Assembly: GCA_046497565.1 (NCBI GenBank)
Contig: JAWOFK010000073.1
Location: forward strand, 36,810 to 100,809
Direction of reading: 5' to 3'
Length of the DNA stretch: 64,000 nt
Source: Dehalococcoidia bacterium
GTDB lineage: Bacteria; Chloroflexota; Dehalococcoidia; GIF9; AB-539-J10
Below the pieces are notes generated by a model. The model searched no databases. It saw nothing but the letters and a program-made list of their open reading frames with translations, and was not told the origin of the DNA. The position numbers and the translations under genes are program-made. Positions 50,538 to 60,475 of the stretch are shown here, in pieces. Position 1 is the stretch's first letter, and each line of letters starts with the position of its first letter.

Positions 50538-52700
50538 ATGGAACGGATGTCCTCGGAACAAGAGATAGCTTCTGACATCGCCTCGCTCGAGGCTATGTTA
50601 AAGCCTCGCTCCATAGCTGTCATCGGAGCCTCACGCAGAAATCTCACTATCGGCAACAGGCTGTTCCGTAATTTGTTGCAGCATGAGTTTACGGGGGTCG
50701 TCTACCCGGTGAATCCCAACGCCAAAGTAGTCGCCGCAGTGCAGGCATATCCGTCTGTCCTGGATATACCGGGGGAAGTGGACCTTGCCGTTATCATCAC
50801 TCCGGCGGATAGTGCCCCACGGCTGATGGAAGAGTGCGGGCAAAAAGGGGTGCGCGGCGTGGTTGTGATATCAGCGGGCTTTGCAGAGAGCGGCCCTGAG
50901 GGAAAGGCGAAGCAGGATGAGATACTTGAAATTGCCCGGCGCTACGGGATGCGCATAGTGGGACCGAACTGCATGGGCATCGTCAACACCGACCCGGAAG
51001 TCAATATGAACGCTACTTTCTCCCCCGTGTTCCCGCCCACCGGCGGCATCGCCATGGGTACCCAGAGCGGTGCGCTGGGTCAGACCATCCTGGAGTATGC
51101 CAGGAACCTGAACGTCGGACTATCCAGTTTCGTCAGCATCGGAAACAGGGCCGATGTCTCCAGCAACGACCTGCTCCAGTACTGGGGAAACGACCCGTCC
51201 ACCAGGGTCATACTCCTTTACCTTGAATCTTTCGGTAATCCCAAGAATTTCGCCCGCATAGCCCGCAACATCACACTCACCAAACCGGTAGTAGCGGTGA
51301 AAAGCGGGCGCACCCCGGCCGGCTCCCGGGCTGCCGCCTCACACACCGGGGCGCTGGCTACCACCGAGGTGGCGTCTGAAGCATTGTTTACCCAGTCCGG
51401 GGTGGTCCGTGTGGACACACTGGAAGAGCTTTTTGATGTGGCTAACCTGCTATGTAACCAGCCCATCCCCAGGGGGGGAAGAGTGGCTATTCTCACCAAT
51501 GGAGGAGGCCCCGGCATCATGACCGCCGATGCCTGTGCCGACAGAGGACTGGAATTGCCCGCTCTTTCAGATGAGAGCGTTTCCGAGCTGAAGAGCTTTC
51601 TCCCGTCTCGAGCCAGCGTTACCAATCCCATCGATATGACGGCCGAGGCTTCTCCCGAGGAGTACAGCCGGGCGCTGGAAATTCTGGCGCGTGATGACGG
51701 CATAGATATGGTGATAGTCATCTTCATCCCGCCCATACTCATCCAGGCTGAACCGGTAGCCAATGCCATAAAGGAGCTGGCACCGGAGTTTCGCAGGCGG
51801 GGCAAGACACTGGTGGCTTCATTCATGGGTTCGCAAGGTGCCGTCATTGAGTGCGACCCCAAGGATGAGGGATGCATACCCAATTTCACTTTCCCGGAGC
51901 ATACCGCAGTTGCCCTCGCTGGAGCGTATGAGTACAGTCAGTGGCTACAAAGACCACGGGGGGTGGTTCCCAAACTGACAGGAATCAACAAGGAAAAGGC
52001 CCGTGAGGCAGTGGCATCAGCCTTGGAGCGGAGCTCCACCCGACCCCTGTGGCTGGAAGCTTCCTCCATCTCCGACCTCCTCAACTCCTATGGAATCAAG
52101 GTCGCAGTGTCGAAGTCGGCAAATACGGCTGAGGACGCAGCCAGGACGGCTGAAGAAATTGGCTTCCCGGTCGCCGTCAAGCTCGTCTCAGACAAGATAG
52201 TCCACAAGACCGATGTCGGAGGAGTGATACTGTCAGTGCGCTCATCAGATGAGGTGAAACAGGCCTTTAACCAGATTAGAGAACGCCTCGAGGGTCTGGG
52301 GAAAGCCGATGAGATGCAGGGCGTCACCATTCAACAAATGATACCTGAGGGGATTGAGGTGATCGTCGGCCTGACCCAGGACCCTTCCTTCGGTTCTCTC
52401 ATCCTGTTCGGTATGGGCGGCATTTACGCCGAGTTCTTCAAGGATATCACATTCCGTATTCACCCGTTGACCGACATCGATGTCCAGGACATGATGCGCT
52501 CGGTAAAGGCCCATCAACTCTTTGCCGGCTGGCGAGGCTCCAAACCGACTGACGTCGAGGCTCTTGAAGACCTCCTGCTGAGAGTGTCTGCCATGGTGGA
52601 AGACTTACCCCAGATAGCCGAGATGGACCTCAATCCGGTGAAAGCTCAAGAGCAGAGGAAAGGGTATGTCGTGGTCGACGCCCGAATTCTGCTCTCCTGA
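50538..52700 (+). CDS. acetate--CoA ligase (ADP-forming), fused alpha/beta (CoA-binding + ATP-grasp)
   Basis: N-terminal CoA-binding Rossmann (…PRSIAVIGAS…), succinyl-CoA-synthetase-like ligase-CoA domain, C-terminal ATP-grasp; start at MERMSSEQ; the track ORF starts at 50496. Confidence 0.85.
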   Translation: MERMSSEQEIASDIASLEAMLKPRSIAVIGASRRNLTIGNRLFRNLLQHEFTGVVYPVNPNAKVVAAVQAYPSVLDIPGEVDLAVIITPADSAPRLMEECGQKGVRGVVVISAGFAESGPEGKAKQDEILEIARRYGMRIVGPNCMGIVNTDPEVNMNATFSPVFPPTGGIAMGTQSGALGQTILEYARNLNVGLSSFVSIGNRADVSSNDLLQYWGNDPSTRVILLYLESFGNPKNFARIARNITLTKPVVAVKSGRTPAGSRAAASHTGALATTEVASEALFTQSGVVRVDTLEELFDVANLLCNQPIPRGGRVAILTNGGGPGIMTADACADRGLELPALSDESVSELKSFLPSRASVTNPIDMTAEASPEEYSRALEILARDDGIDMVIVIFIPPILIQAEPVANAIKELAPEFRRRGKTLVASFMGSQGAVIECDPKDEGCIPNFTFPEHTAVALAGAYEYSQWLQRPRGVVPKLTGINKEKAREAVASALERSSTRPLWLEASSISDLLNSYGIKVAVSKSANTAEDAARTAEEIGFPVAVKLVSDKIVHKTDVGGVILSVRSSDEVKQAFNQIRERLEGLGKADEMQGVTIQQMIPEGIEVIVGLTQDPSFGSLILFGMGGIYAEFFKDITFRIHPLTDIDVQDMMRSVKAHQLFAGWRGSKPTDVEALEDLLLRVSAMVEDLPQIAEMDLNPVKAQEQRKGYVVVDARILLS

Positions 52701-52735
52701 CCATTCGCCATTTTGTTACCCTGTTGCAGTATTTG

Positions 52736-52764
52736 TTGCATTGTGGCATTTCTTATGATATACT
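52736..52764 (+). promoter_or_regulatory. sigma-70-type promoter candidate (TTGCAT-N17-TATACT) upstream of the zinc-ribbon/RRM/DEAD-box cluster
   Basis: Near-consensus -35 and -10 hexamers with 17-bp spacing, about 115 bp upstream of the ATG at 52880. Confidence 0.35.
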
Positions 52765-52879
52765 CAAAACAAGTTTCAGTTTAGGTTATAGCAATTTTCT
52801 CGGAAGGTACTTACACAGAGTCCTCTGAAGTGTTGGATGACCCGAACGCTAACTAATTGTAAAGAGAGGAGGTTATCCA

Positions 52880-53179
52880 ATGAGCTTTCAAGACAAGTCT
52901 CTCGAATGTTCGGATTGCGGCGCTACGTTTGTCTTTAGCACTGAGGACCAGGAATTCTTCCAGTCCAAAGGCTACACCAACGAGCCCAAACGTTGCCCGG
53001 AATGCCGAAGGACAAGGAAGGCGGAACGCTATGGCAATAACACCTACGGAGCTCCGCGCGAGATGTTCCCTGTGACCTGCGCCGAATGCGGCAAAAGCAC
53101 CGAAGTCCCGTTTGAACCTCGCGGTGATAGGCCCGTTTACTGTAGCGATTGCTACCGCAAAGTCCGACCCGCCCGATAG
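52880..53179 (+). CDS. zinc-ribbon domain protein (four CxxC pairs)
   Basis: CSDC…CPEC…CAEC…CSDC; 99 aa; GGAGG RBS. Confidence 0.65.
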   Translation: MSFQDKSLECSDCGATFVFSTEDQEFFQSKGYTNEPKRCPECRRTRKAERYGNNTYGAPREMFPVTCAECGKSTEVPFEPRGDRPVYCSDCYRKVRPAR

Positions 53180-53198
53180 GTGAAGTCAGGTCATGAGC

Positions 53199-53230
53199 CA
53201 CATCCAGGTCGGGCGACCGGCCTGGATGTG
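53199..53230 (+). terminator. stable hairpin (10-bp stem CACATCCAGG / CCTGGATGTG, 12-nt loop) just downstream of the zinc-ribbon gene; not followed by a U-tract
   Basis: Inverted repeat read directly; no T-run after it, so it may be a processing/stability element rather than an intrinsic terminator. Confidence 0.3.
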
Positions 53231-53386
53231 ACTCGGGCAAATTTCAGCTTTGTCCTTACAACTATCAATACGTGAATGCGATTCACAATAATTACTGCTG
53301 CCGTGCTTTGCGGAGAAACGGCGGCAGGGCTTATCCAGCGAAACAGCGAACAAAATAACAGAATAAATGATAAAGGAGCGAAAACT

Positions 53387-53743
53387 ATGAAGATTTATGT
53401 GGGCAATCTAGCCTTTGAAGTTACCGAGGATACACTGGCAGCAGAATTCGGTGTTTACGGCAAGGTGGAATCCGTGGCTATTCCTGGCGACAGGCTAAGC
53501 GGGCGACCGAGAGGTTTCGCCTTCGTTGATATGCCATCGAAGTCTGAGGCCGAAACTGCCATTGCGGGGCTGAACGGCCAGACGCTTATGGACAGAACGC
53601 TGGTCGTTAATGAGTCTCGCCCCCGTGTGGACAGCAGGAGTGGCGGTTCTTACGGCAACAGGAGGGGTGGCAGTTATGGCGGTGGGTATGGTGGCGGCAG
53701 GGGCAGGGGCCGCTCAGGTGGTGGCAGGCAACGAAGATACTAG
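53387..53743 (+). CDS. RNA-binding protein with RRM domain and Gly/Arg-rich C-terminal tail
   Basis: RNP2 KIYVGNL and RNP1 RGFAFVDM motifs; RGG/GGYGGG tail; AAGGAG RBS 9 bp upstream of the ATG at 53387; the track ORF starts at 53276. Confidence 0.85.
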   Translation: MKIYVGNLAFEVTEDTLAAEFGVYGKVESVAIPGDRLSGRPRGFAFVDMPSKSEAETAIAGLNGQTLMDRTLVVNESRPRVDSRSGGSYGNRRGGSYGGGYGGGRGRGRSGGGRQRRY

Positions 53744-53786
53744 GCAACCTGGCCACTCACAGAAGCCACCCTCACCAAGGAGTTTA

Positions 53787-54995
53787 ATGAATTTCGAAAC
53801 CTTTGATTTGCATCCGAGCATCATGGCCGGTGTACGTGCGCTCGGTTATTCCGTACCCACACCGGTTCAATCACGGGCTATCCCGCTGATAATGCAGGGG
53901 CGTGACGTCATCGGACTGGCGCAGACCGGCACAGGCAAGACGGCCGCTTTTGTGCTGCCGATTCTGGAACGTCTACGGTCGGGGCCTGAAGGACGCGTCC
54001 GGGCCCTGATAATCTCACCGACACGCGAGCTGGCCGAGCAGACCTGCGAGGTTATCAGCAACCTGGGGAGCAGGACAGGGCTGCGGGGCATTGCGGTCTA
54101 CGGCGGGGTGAGCATGGAACAGCAGAGCTGGGGACTGCGCAACGGCGCTGAGATTGTCACGGCCTGCCCGGGCCGTTTGCTCGACCATCTCTGGAAAGGG
54201 ACGATCAATTTAGCAGGGCTGGAAGTCCTGGTCATTGACGAGGCGGATCGTATGTTCGATATGGGCTTTCTACCCGATGTACGCAGCATTCTGAGATGCA
54301 TCCTGCACAAACACCAGACACTGCTTTTCTCGGCTACCATGCCCGCCGATATCCGGCGACTGGCGCGCGAAATCCTGCACGACCCGGTCACAGTGCAAGT
54401 AGACCCCCAGCTGCCGGCAAAAACTGTGTCACACGCTCTGTACCCGGTGCAACAGCACCTGAAGACGAATTTGCTGAAGCAAATTCTGAATAGAACCAAG
54501 ATGGAGTCGGTGCTTGTCTTCACCCGTACCAAACACAGAGCCGAACGCGTGGCACAGCAACTGGCCAGAGACGGCTATCGGGTGACTTCTTTGCAGGGCG
54601 ACCTGCCCCAGAACCGACGTCAAGCCGCACTGGACGGTTTCCGTGACGGCTCGATCAAGATCCTGGTGGCAACCGATATCGCCGCCCGCGGTATCGATGT
54701 ATTGAGCATTTCACACGTCATCAACTACGATATGCCAGAGAATACCGATGCCTATATCCACCGCATCGGCCGCACCGGAAGGGTTGAGAAAAACGGCAGT
54801 GCGATTACCTTTGTCACCAGCGCCGACGCTGACAAGATAAGCGCCCTTGAGCGGCTTCTCGACGCTCCGCTGGAGCGGCTGATCCTTCAGGGCTTTGATT
54901 ACAGCAGGCCGGCACCGGACAGACAACCAGGCCTTTCGAGACAGCCACGACGGCATCCGGCAGGAAGCAGGCGATCGGCACAACGTAGTCGATGA
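53787..54995 (+). CDS. DEAD-box ATP-dependent RNA helicase
   Basis: Q-motif (…TPVQSRAIP…), motif I AQTGTGKT, motif II DEAD, SAT, motif VI HRIGRTGR; start at MNFETFDL with AAGGAG RBS; the track ORF starts at 53610. Confidence 0.9.
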   Translation: MNFETFDLHPSIMAGVRALGYSVPTPVQSRAIPLIMQGRDVIGLAQTGTGKTAAFVLPILERLRSGPEGRVRALIISPTRELAEQTCEVISNLGSRTGLRGIAVYGGVSMEQQSWGLRNGAEIVTACPGRLLDHLWKGTINLAGLEVLVIDEADRMFDMGFLPDVRSILRCILHKHQTLLFSATMPADIRRLAREILHDPVTVQVDPQLPAKTVSHALYPVQQHLKTNLLKQILNRTKMESVLVFTRTKHRAERVAQQLARDGYRVTSLQGDLPQNRRQAALDGFRDGSIKILVATDIAARGIDVLSISHVINYDMPENTDAYIHRIGRTGRVEKNGSAITFVTSADADKISALERLLDAPLERLILQGFDYSRPAPDRQPGLSRQPRRHPAGSRRSAQRSR

Positions 54996-55171
54996 CACTC
55001 ATCGAGCATCCCGTCTTTCGATGCCGGGCGCCACACCTGTCACATCCTGTGCCACTGTTTGAACTCTGCGGGCGCCGGGCCGAACGGATACCCGGATAAC
55101 CGGCACGAAATAATGGTATAATCTGTCCGGCCGAGAAGTTGTGGACCCGACTTCCGTCCGGCAATTGACAG

Positions 55172-55429
55172 ATGATTCCGATTGAACAAGAAATAGATTT
55201 ACACCGCCTTACTGTGGATGAGGCCCTTCCCAGGCTCGATGATTTCCTGTATGCAGCATTTCGGGCCGGGTTATATCGCGTTCTGGTCGTTCACGGCAAG
55301 GGATCAGGCGTACTGCGCCTGGAAGTCGGCCGTTACCTGTCAAAGCATCCTCTGGTCAAGGCTCATAGACCGGCCGACCGCTATCACGGGGGCATGGGCG
55401 CCACGCAGGTAGAACTCAGTGAACTCTGA
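55172..55429 (+). CDS. Smr domain protein
   Basis: IDLHRLTVDEA…VVHGKGSG Smr/MutS2-C signature, 85 aa. Confidence 0.75.
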   Translation: MIPIEQEIDLHRLTVDEALPRLDDFLYAAFRAGLYRVLVVHGKGSGVLRLEVGRYLSKHPLVKAHRPADRYHGGMGATQVELSEL

Positions 55430-55534
55430 ACAGCGCTGGCCAGAGTTCTCAGTTCACCCTGCAAACCCTGTATTGAGGGCCGTGTCCTGGCGGGAGCGCC
55501 GGAATATGACAATCTGATTTCATGGAGATTACCG

Positions 55535-56167
55535 ATGGCAAAAATGATTTACAGAACAGTTGAGATAATGCCCTTTGGGACAAACTGCTACCTCGTTGCG
55601 TCGGAGCAGACGCGGGACGGTATGGTCATTGACCCGGCGGGGGATGCTACCACAATCCTGAGCCATATACGTGAACTGGGTCTCAAGGTAGGCCTGGTTG
55701 TGCTTACTCACACCCATCCGGACCACATAGGAGCCGTTCGAGACATCGTTGAACATACCGGAGCAAGCTTTGCCGTCCATATAGCCGAGGCTGAGATGAT
55801 AGAGCGTTATGACTTCCGTCAATTCAGTGCCTTTGATCCGACTTATAAGCAGCCACCGCCGCCAAACAGACTGCTCAAGGATGGCGATTTCATCGTCGTT
55901 GGCGACCTGAAATTTCAGGTGTTGCATACTCCGGGCCACAGCGCTGGCGGTATATGCCTTGTGGGACATGGGGTTGCCTTTACCGGGGACGCATTGTTCA
56001 GTATGAGCATCGGCCGGACCGATGGCCCCGGTGGTGACTATAATCTCCTGACCTCCGCGATACGTGACAAGTTACTGGTCCTGCCGGACCAAACGGTTGT
56101 CCTGCCCGGGCACGGACCCAAGACCAGCATCGGCCGAGAGCGGCGAGACAATCCTTTTCTCAGGTAA
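55535..56167 (+). CDS. MBL-fold metallo-hydrolase (glyoxalase II-like)
   Basis: THTHPDHIG (HxHxDH) and downstream His/Asp ligands. Confidence 0.85.
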   Translation: MAKMIYRTVEIMPFGTNCYLVASEQTRDGMVIDPAGDATTILSHIRELGLKVGLVVLTHTHPDHIGAVRDIVEHTGASFAVHIAEAEMIERYDFRQFSAFDPTYKQPPPPNRLLKDGDFIVVGDLKFQVLHTPGHSAGGICLVGHGVAFTGDALFSMSIGRTDGPGGDYNLLTSAIRDKLLVLPDQTVVLPGHGPKTSIGRERRDNPFLR

Positions 56168-56284
56168 ATCGATGACGCTCTTGCACCGTGCATAATAACC
56201 GCTAGGACACTGTAATCAAGGGAGGCAGCAATATTGGATGACACGAGTTACCTAACAGATAGCGGGAAGTGTCAGGGAGGCGAG

Positions 56285-57367
56285 ATGAGGGAGTTAAGCG
56301 CATACTCCTTCGAAATTGGTGCTATCAGACCGCCTAGCGAAGGCGGAAGTTGCTCTCTGCTGCTCCGCGTAACCCGGAATTGTCCCTGGAGTCGGTGCAA
56401 GTTTTGTTACGGTACGCCCTACAACCGTGAGAAGTTTCAGTTGAGAACGGTGGAGGAAATCAAGCAGGATATCCAGGCGGTCAAAGCGATCAGTGATGAA
56501 CTCACACGGGTATCACGGCAGCTCGGGTACGCCGGCCGGACAAACAGTGCTGTCGGGGCAAAGATACTCGAGAGAGAACCGGAACTGCGCCGGAGCTACA
56601 GTTTTCTTACGGTATTCGAGTGGCTGAGCGCCGGTGGCGGTACTGTATTTCTTCAAGATGCCGACTCGCTTATTATGCGCACCCCTGACTTAATCGAAGT
56701 GATCAGGTACTTGAAGGAGACTTTCCCGAGTGTGCAGAGGATTACTTCCTACGCCAGGACCAAGACCATTTGCCATAAGAGCCTGGAGGAACTGAAGGAC
56801 ATCAGGGCCGCCGGCTTGAACAGATTGCACGTTGGCCTGGAGTCCGGTGACGATGAACTGCTGAGACATTACGATAAAGGTGTGACTGCCGAAGAACACA
56901 TCGTGGCAGGAAGGAAGGCCAAGGAGGCTGGTTTTGAGTTCTCGGCCTACGTAATGCCCGGTCTGGGAGGTCGCAGCAAAGCCGAACAGCACGCGAAGAA
57001 TACGGCACGGGTGCTTAACGAAATCGACCCGCACTACATCAGGCTGCGCCCCTTCGTACCCAGACCCAATACGCCTGCATTCGACGAATACCAGAGGGGC
57101 GACTACCAGCTATCATCACCCCACGAGCTCCTGAGAGAGCTCAGAACTATGATTGCAGCTTTGACGGTTACATCTCGTCTATGTTTTGACCACATGAGGA
57201 ATGCCTGGTATAAGAAATCCGGCCGACTTCTGTTCACGCAAGACTACGAAGGATACAAACTCCCGGAAGAAAAAGAAAGAGTTTTGCAGCTAATCGAGGA
57301 AGGCCTGCAAGTTAGAGAATGGATGCACGTGCATGCTAGGGACATGGTGGCAATGCCACAATTGTAA
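56285..57367 (+). CDS. radical SAM protein with non-canonical C-x4-C-x2-C cluster motif
   Basis: …VTRNCPWSRCKFCYG… in the position of the CxxxCxxC motif, plus a TIM-barrel-like downstream region. Start placed at MRELSAYSF (GGGAGG RBS); the track ORF starts at 56234. Confidence 0.65.
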   Translation: MRELSAYSFEIGAIRPPSEGGSCSLLLRVTRNCPWSRCKFCYGTPYNREKFQLRTVEEIKQDIQAVKAISDELTRVSRQLGYAGRTNSAVGAKILEREPELRRSYSFLTVFEWLSAGGGTVFLQDADSLIMRTPDLIEVIRYLKETFPSVQRITSYARTKTICHKSLEELKDIRAAGLNRLHVGLESGDDELLRHYDKGVTAEEHIVAGRKAKEAGFEFSAYVMPGLGGRSKAEQHAKNTARVLNEIDPHYIRLRPFVPRPNTPAFDEYQRGDYQLSSPHELLRELRTMIAALTVTSRLCFDHMRNAWYKKSGRLLFTQDYEGYKLPEEKERVLQLIEEGLQVREWMHVHARDMVAMPQL

Positions 57368-57519
57368 CCTCTTGATGTCTGTTATCGTTGCACAGCGTCA
57401 TTGTTGGTTGCTACAATTAGGCTCTGCGGCTGTTTTCGTCTGTATTGGGAACCGGCGCGGGCCGGGTGCGGGCGGATACACCGGTTGGCGGTAGCAGCTT
57501 GATGAAGGAGAGATTAACT

Positions 57520-58317
57520 ATGGTCATCGTGGGTGAGAAGATAAACACGAGCCGAAAGACCGTCGAAGAAGCGGTCAGAAATCGGGATGCCGCCTTTATC
57601 GCCACCATGGCGCGCGAGCAAGCTGAGGCCGGAGCTCACTACATTGACATAAACGCCGGGACTCTTCTCGACCAGGAAGTTGACTGCCTGTGCTGGCTGA
57701 CCGAGACAGTACAGGAAGAAGTTGCTCTGCCCTTGAGCCTGGATAGTCCCAATCCCAAAGCCCTGTCCGAAGCAATGAAGCTACACAAGGGCGAGCCGAT
57801 GGTCAATTCCATCTCCCTGGAAGAAGAGCGATTGCACTCACTTCTGCCGGTGATTACCCGTCAGCCTTGCTCTGTGGTTGCACTTTGCATGGCCAAAACA
57901 GCAATGCCCATCACCACGGCAGAAAGAGTCGAGGTTGGCTCGGAACTTGTCAACAAGCTTACCGCCGCAGGGTTTCCCCGTGAGAAGATTTATGTAGACC
58001 CGCTGATACAGCCTGTTGCTGTCAACACCGACATGGGAATTGCCGCCTTGGGAGCCATCAGGAAGATAATGGACGACTTCCCGGGCGTGAACACCATTTG
58101 TGGCCTTTCCAATATTTCCTTCGGTCTGCCACAACGCCATCTAATCAACCGCAACTTTCTGGCTCTTTGTATTGCCTATGGTCTGTCTGCGGTTATCCTG
58201 GACCCGACCGATAAGCAACTCATGGCCACCTTGCTTATGGTGGAGATGCTCCTGGGACGGGATGAATACTGTGGAAATTTCATCGACGCCTATCAAAGCG
58301 GCCGTATGGTTGGATGA
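57520..58317 (+). CDS. methyltetrahydrofolate:corrinoid methyltransferase (MtrH / pterin-binding DHPS-like family; MT2 component)
   Basis: Pterin-binding TIM-barrel motifs (…IVGEKINTS…, …YIDINAG…, …ICGLSNISFGLP…). Start at the ATG at 57520 with AAGGAG RBS; the track ORF starts at 57445. Confidence 0.8.
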   Translation: MVIVGEKINTSRKTVEEAVRNRDAAFIATMAREQAEAGAHYIDINAGTLLDQEVDCLCWLTETVQEEVALPLSLDSPNPKALSEAMKLHKGEPMVNSISLEEERLHSLLPVITRQPCSVVALCMAKTAMPITTAERVEVGSELVNKLTAAGFPREKIYVDPLIQPVAVNTDMGIAALGAIRKIMDDFPGVNTICGLSNISFGLPQRHLINRNFLALCIAYGLSAVILDPTDKQLMATLLMVEMLLGRDEYCGNFIDAYQSGRMVG

Positions 58318-58366
58318 TAGTCCGGCAATCAGGACTTGATCGAAAATCAGCGTAAGGAGGTTGAAA

Positions 58367-59005
58367 ATGAGCGACTTCAGGGTATTGTCCGAAGCTATTA
58401 GCAAGGGAGACATCAACAAAGCGGTGGCCGAAACGCAGAGCGCCCTGGATGCAGGCATAAGTGCTCAAGAGATTCTTGATAAGGGGCTCATTGCCACCAT
58501 GAATGAAGTAGGCGATAGATTTTCCAAGGGACTGATATTCGTCCCCCAGATGTTGCGCTCTGCCAAGACAATGCAAGAATGCACCAAGCTGCTCAAGCCA
58601 CATTTTCAAGAGGGTGACGTTACTTCCAAGGGAACGGTGTTGATGGGCACCGTCAAGGGTGATCTGCACGATATCGGTAAGAACCTCGTTTCCATGATGA
58701 TGGAAGGCGCCGGATTCACAATCGTGGACCTGGGTGTAGACGTGCCTCCCCAAAATTTCGTCGAGAAAACGAAAGAGGTGGCACCAGACATCGTGGGTAT
58801 GTCGGCGCTACTTTCCACTACCATGCCAGCTATGGCCGATACTATCGACGCGCTACAGGAAGCCGGAGTCAGGAAGAAGGTCAAGATAATGATTGGGGGA
58901 GCACCGGTTACCGAGAAGTATGCCCAGAAAATCGGCGCCGACTCTTATGCATCCGATGCCGGCTCTGCTGTGAGTAAGGCCAAGGAGTTACTGGGCATTT
59001 CCTGA
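58367..59005 (+). CDS. cobalamin-binding corrinoid protein (MtbC/MttC/MtgC-like)
   Basis: B12-binding-2 helical cap plus DxHxxG motif (GDLHDIGKN) and Rossmann B12 domain. Confidence 0.85.
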   Translation: MSDFRVLSEAISKGDINKAVAETQSALDAGISAQEILDKGLIATMNEVGDRFSKGLIFVPQMLRSAKTMQECTKLLKPHFQEGDVTSKGTVLMGTVKGDLHDIGKNLVSMMMEGAGFTIVDLGVDVPPQNFVEKTKEVAPDIVGMSALLSTTMPAMADTIDALQEAGVRKKVKIMIGGAPVTEKYAQKIGADSYASDAGSAVSKAKELLGIS

Positions 59006-59026
59006 GAGAAATGCAAGGAGTTTGCT

Positions 59027-60475
59027 ATGAGACCATTGGAAGCAGCTACTTTCCAACCCCACCTGAAAGTCATGAACCGCGAGCAGGCATGGGCAATCCA
59101 CGCAGCCGCATTAGAGGTTCTGGAGAAGACCGGCTTCAAGATGGAGCATCCCGGTGCGCTGAGAATGCTCGTCGACGCGGGAGCCAGGGTTACCCGCGGT
59201 GACTGGCTCTATCTCCCTGCCGCGGCAGTCGAAAAAGCCATGAAATCAGCCCCCCGGCAATTCAACCTCTACGACCAGAATGGCCATGAAGCGATGTGTC
59301 TTGCAGATGGCAATTCATTCTACGGCACCGGTTCCGACGCCACATTTACCGCGGACCTGGAGACCGGACAGCGCCGTCGGACGGTCCTGAAAGATGTCGC
59401 TAATTTCGCCCATCTGGTGGACGGGCTGGAGAACATGGCGTTTGCCATGTCTATGGCTAACCCGGAAGACGTGCCGGTCCAAGAAATATACGTGCACGTT
59501 TTTGCCGAGATGGTCAAGAACACCAGTAAACCGATTGTATTCATTGCCGACAGCGGCAAAGACATTGCCAGGATACATGAGATTGCCTGCCAGGTAGCGT
59601 CGGGCGAAGAGAACCTCCAGCAGAAGCCGTTTCTACTCAACTACTCGGAGGCCATCAGCCCGTTGCGTTTCCCGCAAAACGTGATGGAGAAACTCATTTT
59701 CTGTGCCGAACACAGAATACCCATTTGCCTTCCTTCCGGTTCCAATGCCGGTGGCGGAGCGCCGGTTACACTGGCCGGGGCCATGGCCATGGGCATTGCC
59801 GAAAACCTGGTCGGACTCACTGTGCACCAGTTAGCCAGCAAAGGCGCCCCATTCTTGTTTGGCCCCAACGTCAGTGTTCTCGATATGAAATCCACCGTTG
59901 TCTCATACGGCGGCCCCGAATGGAGTCTCACCCAGGCAGCACTCGCCGACATGCGTGATGAAATCTACGGCCTGCCCATATGGGCATTTGCCGGGGCCTC
60001 CGACGCCAAGGTTATGGACGCCCAGGCCGGAGCGGAGGCCATGTTTTCCATCATCACTGCCATGCTGTCCGGAGCCAACCTGATTCACGATGTGGGTTTC
60101 CTGGAATACGGGAATACTTCTTCGCTCGAGATGGTGACGATGGCCGACGAACTGGTGGCAATGAGCCGCTTCTTCGCCCGGGGGATTCCGGTCAACAAGG
60201 AAACACTGGCACTTGAAGCAATAGAACGGGTGGCGACCGGTGGCCCCGGTTCTATTTTCCTCATGGATGACCATACCTTCGAGCATTTCATGGAGGCCCA
60301 GTTTCTGCCCAGGCTTCTGGACCGCTCGCGCTACGATTCATGGCAAGGGGCAGGGGCTACGGAACTCTACCAGCGCTGCAACGCAGAGGCAAAGAGGATA
60401 CTTCTGGAGCACCAGGTGGCAGCCAAGCCAGACAAAGTCCTCCAAAACATTGAGCGAATCCTTCGAGCGAAGTGA
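59027..60475 (+). CDS. trimethylamine methyltransferase (MttB) superfamily protein, non-pyrrolysine member (e.g. quaternary-amine:corrinoid methyltransferase)
   Basis: 482-aa TIM-barrel MttB-family conservation with no in-frame TAG; AAGGAG RBS. Confidence 0.85.
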   Translation: MRPLEAATFQPHLKVMNREQAWAIHAAALEVLEKTGFKMEHPGALRMLVDAGARVTRGDWLYLPAAAVEKAMKSAPRQFNLYDQNGHEAMCLADGNSFYGTGSDATFTADLETGQRRRTVLKDVANFAHLVDGLENMAFAMSMANPEDVPVQEIYVHVFAEMVKNTSKPIVFIADSGKDIARIHEIACQVASGEENLQQKPFLLNYSEAISPLRFPQNVMEKLIFCAEHRIPICLPSGSNAGGGAPVTLAGAMAMGIAENLVGLTVHQLASKGAPFLFGPNVSVLDMKSTVVSYGGPEWSLTQAALADMRDEIYGLPIWAFAGASDAKVMDAQAGAEAMFSIITAMLSGANLIHDVGFLEYGNTSSLEMVTMADELVAMSRFFARGIPVNKETLALEAIERVATGGPGSIFLMDDHTFEHFMEAQFLPRLLDRSRYDSWQGAGATELYQRCNAEAKRILLEHQVAAKPDKVLQNIERILRAK

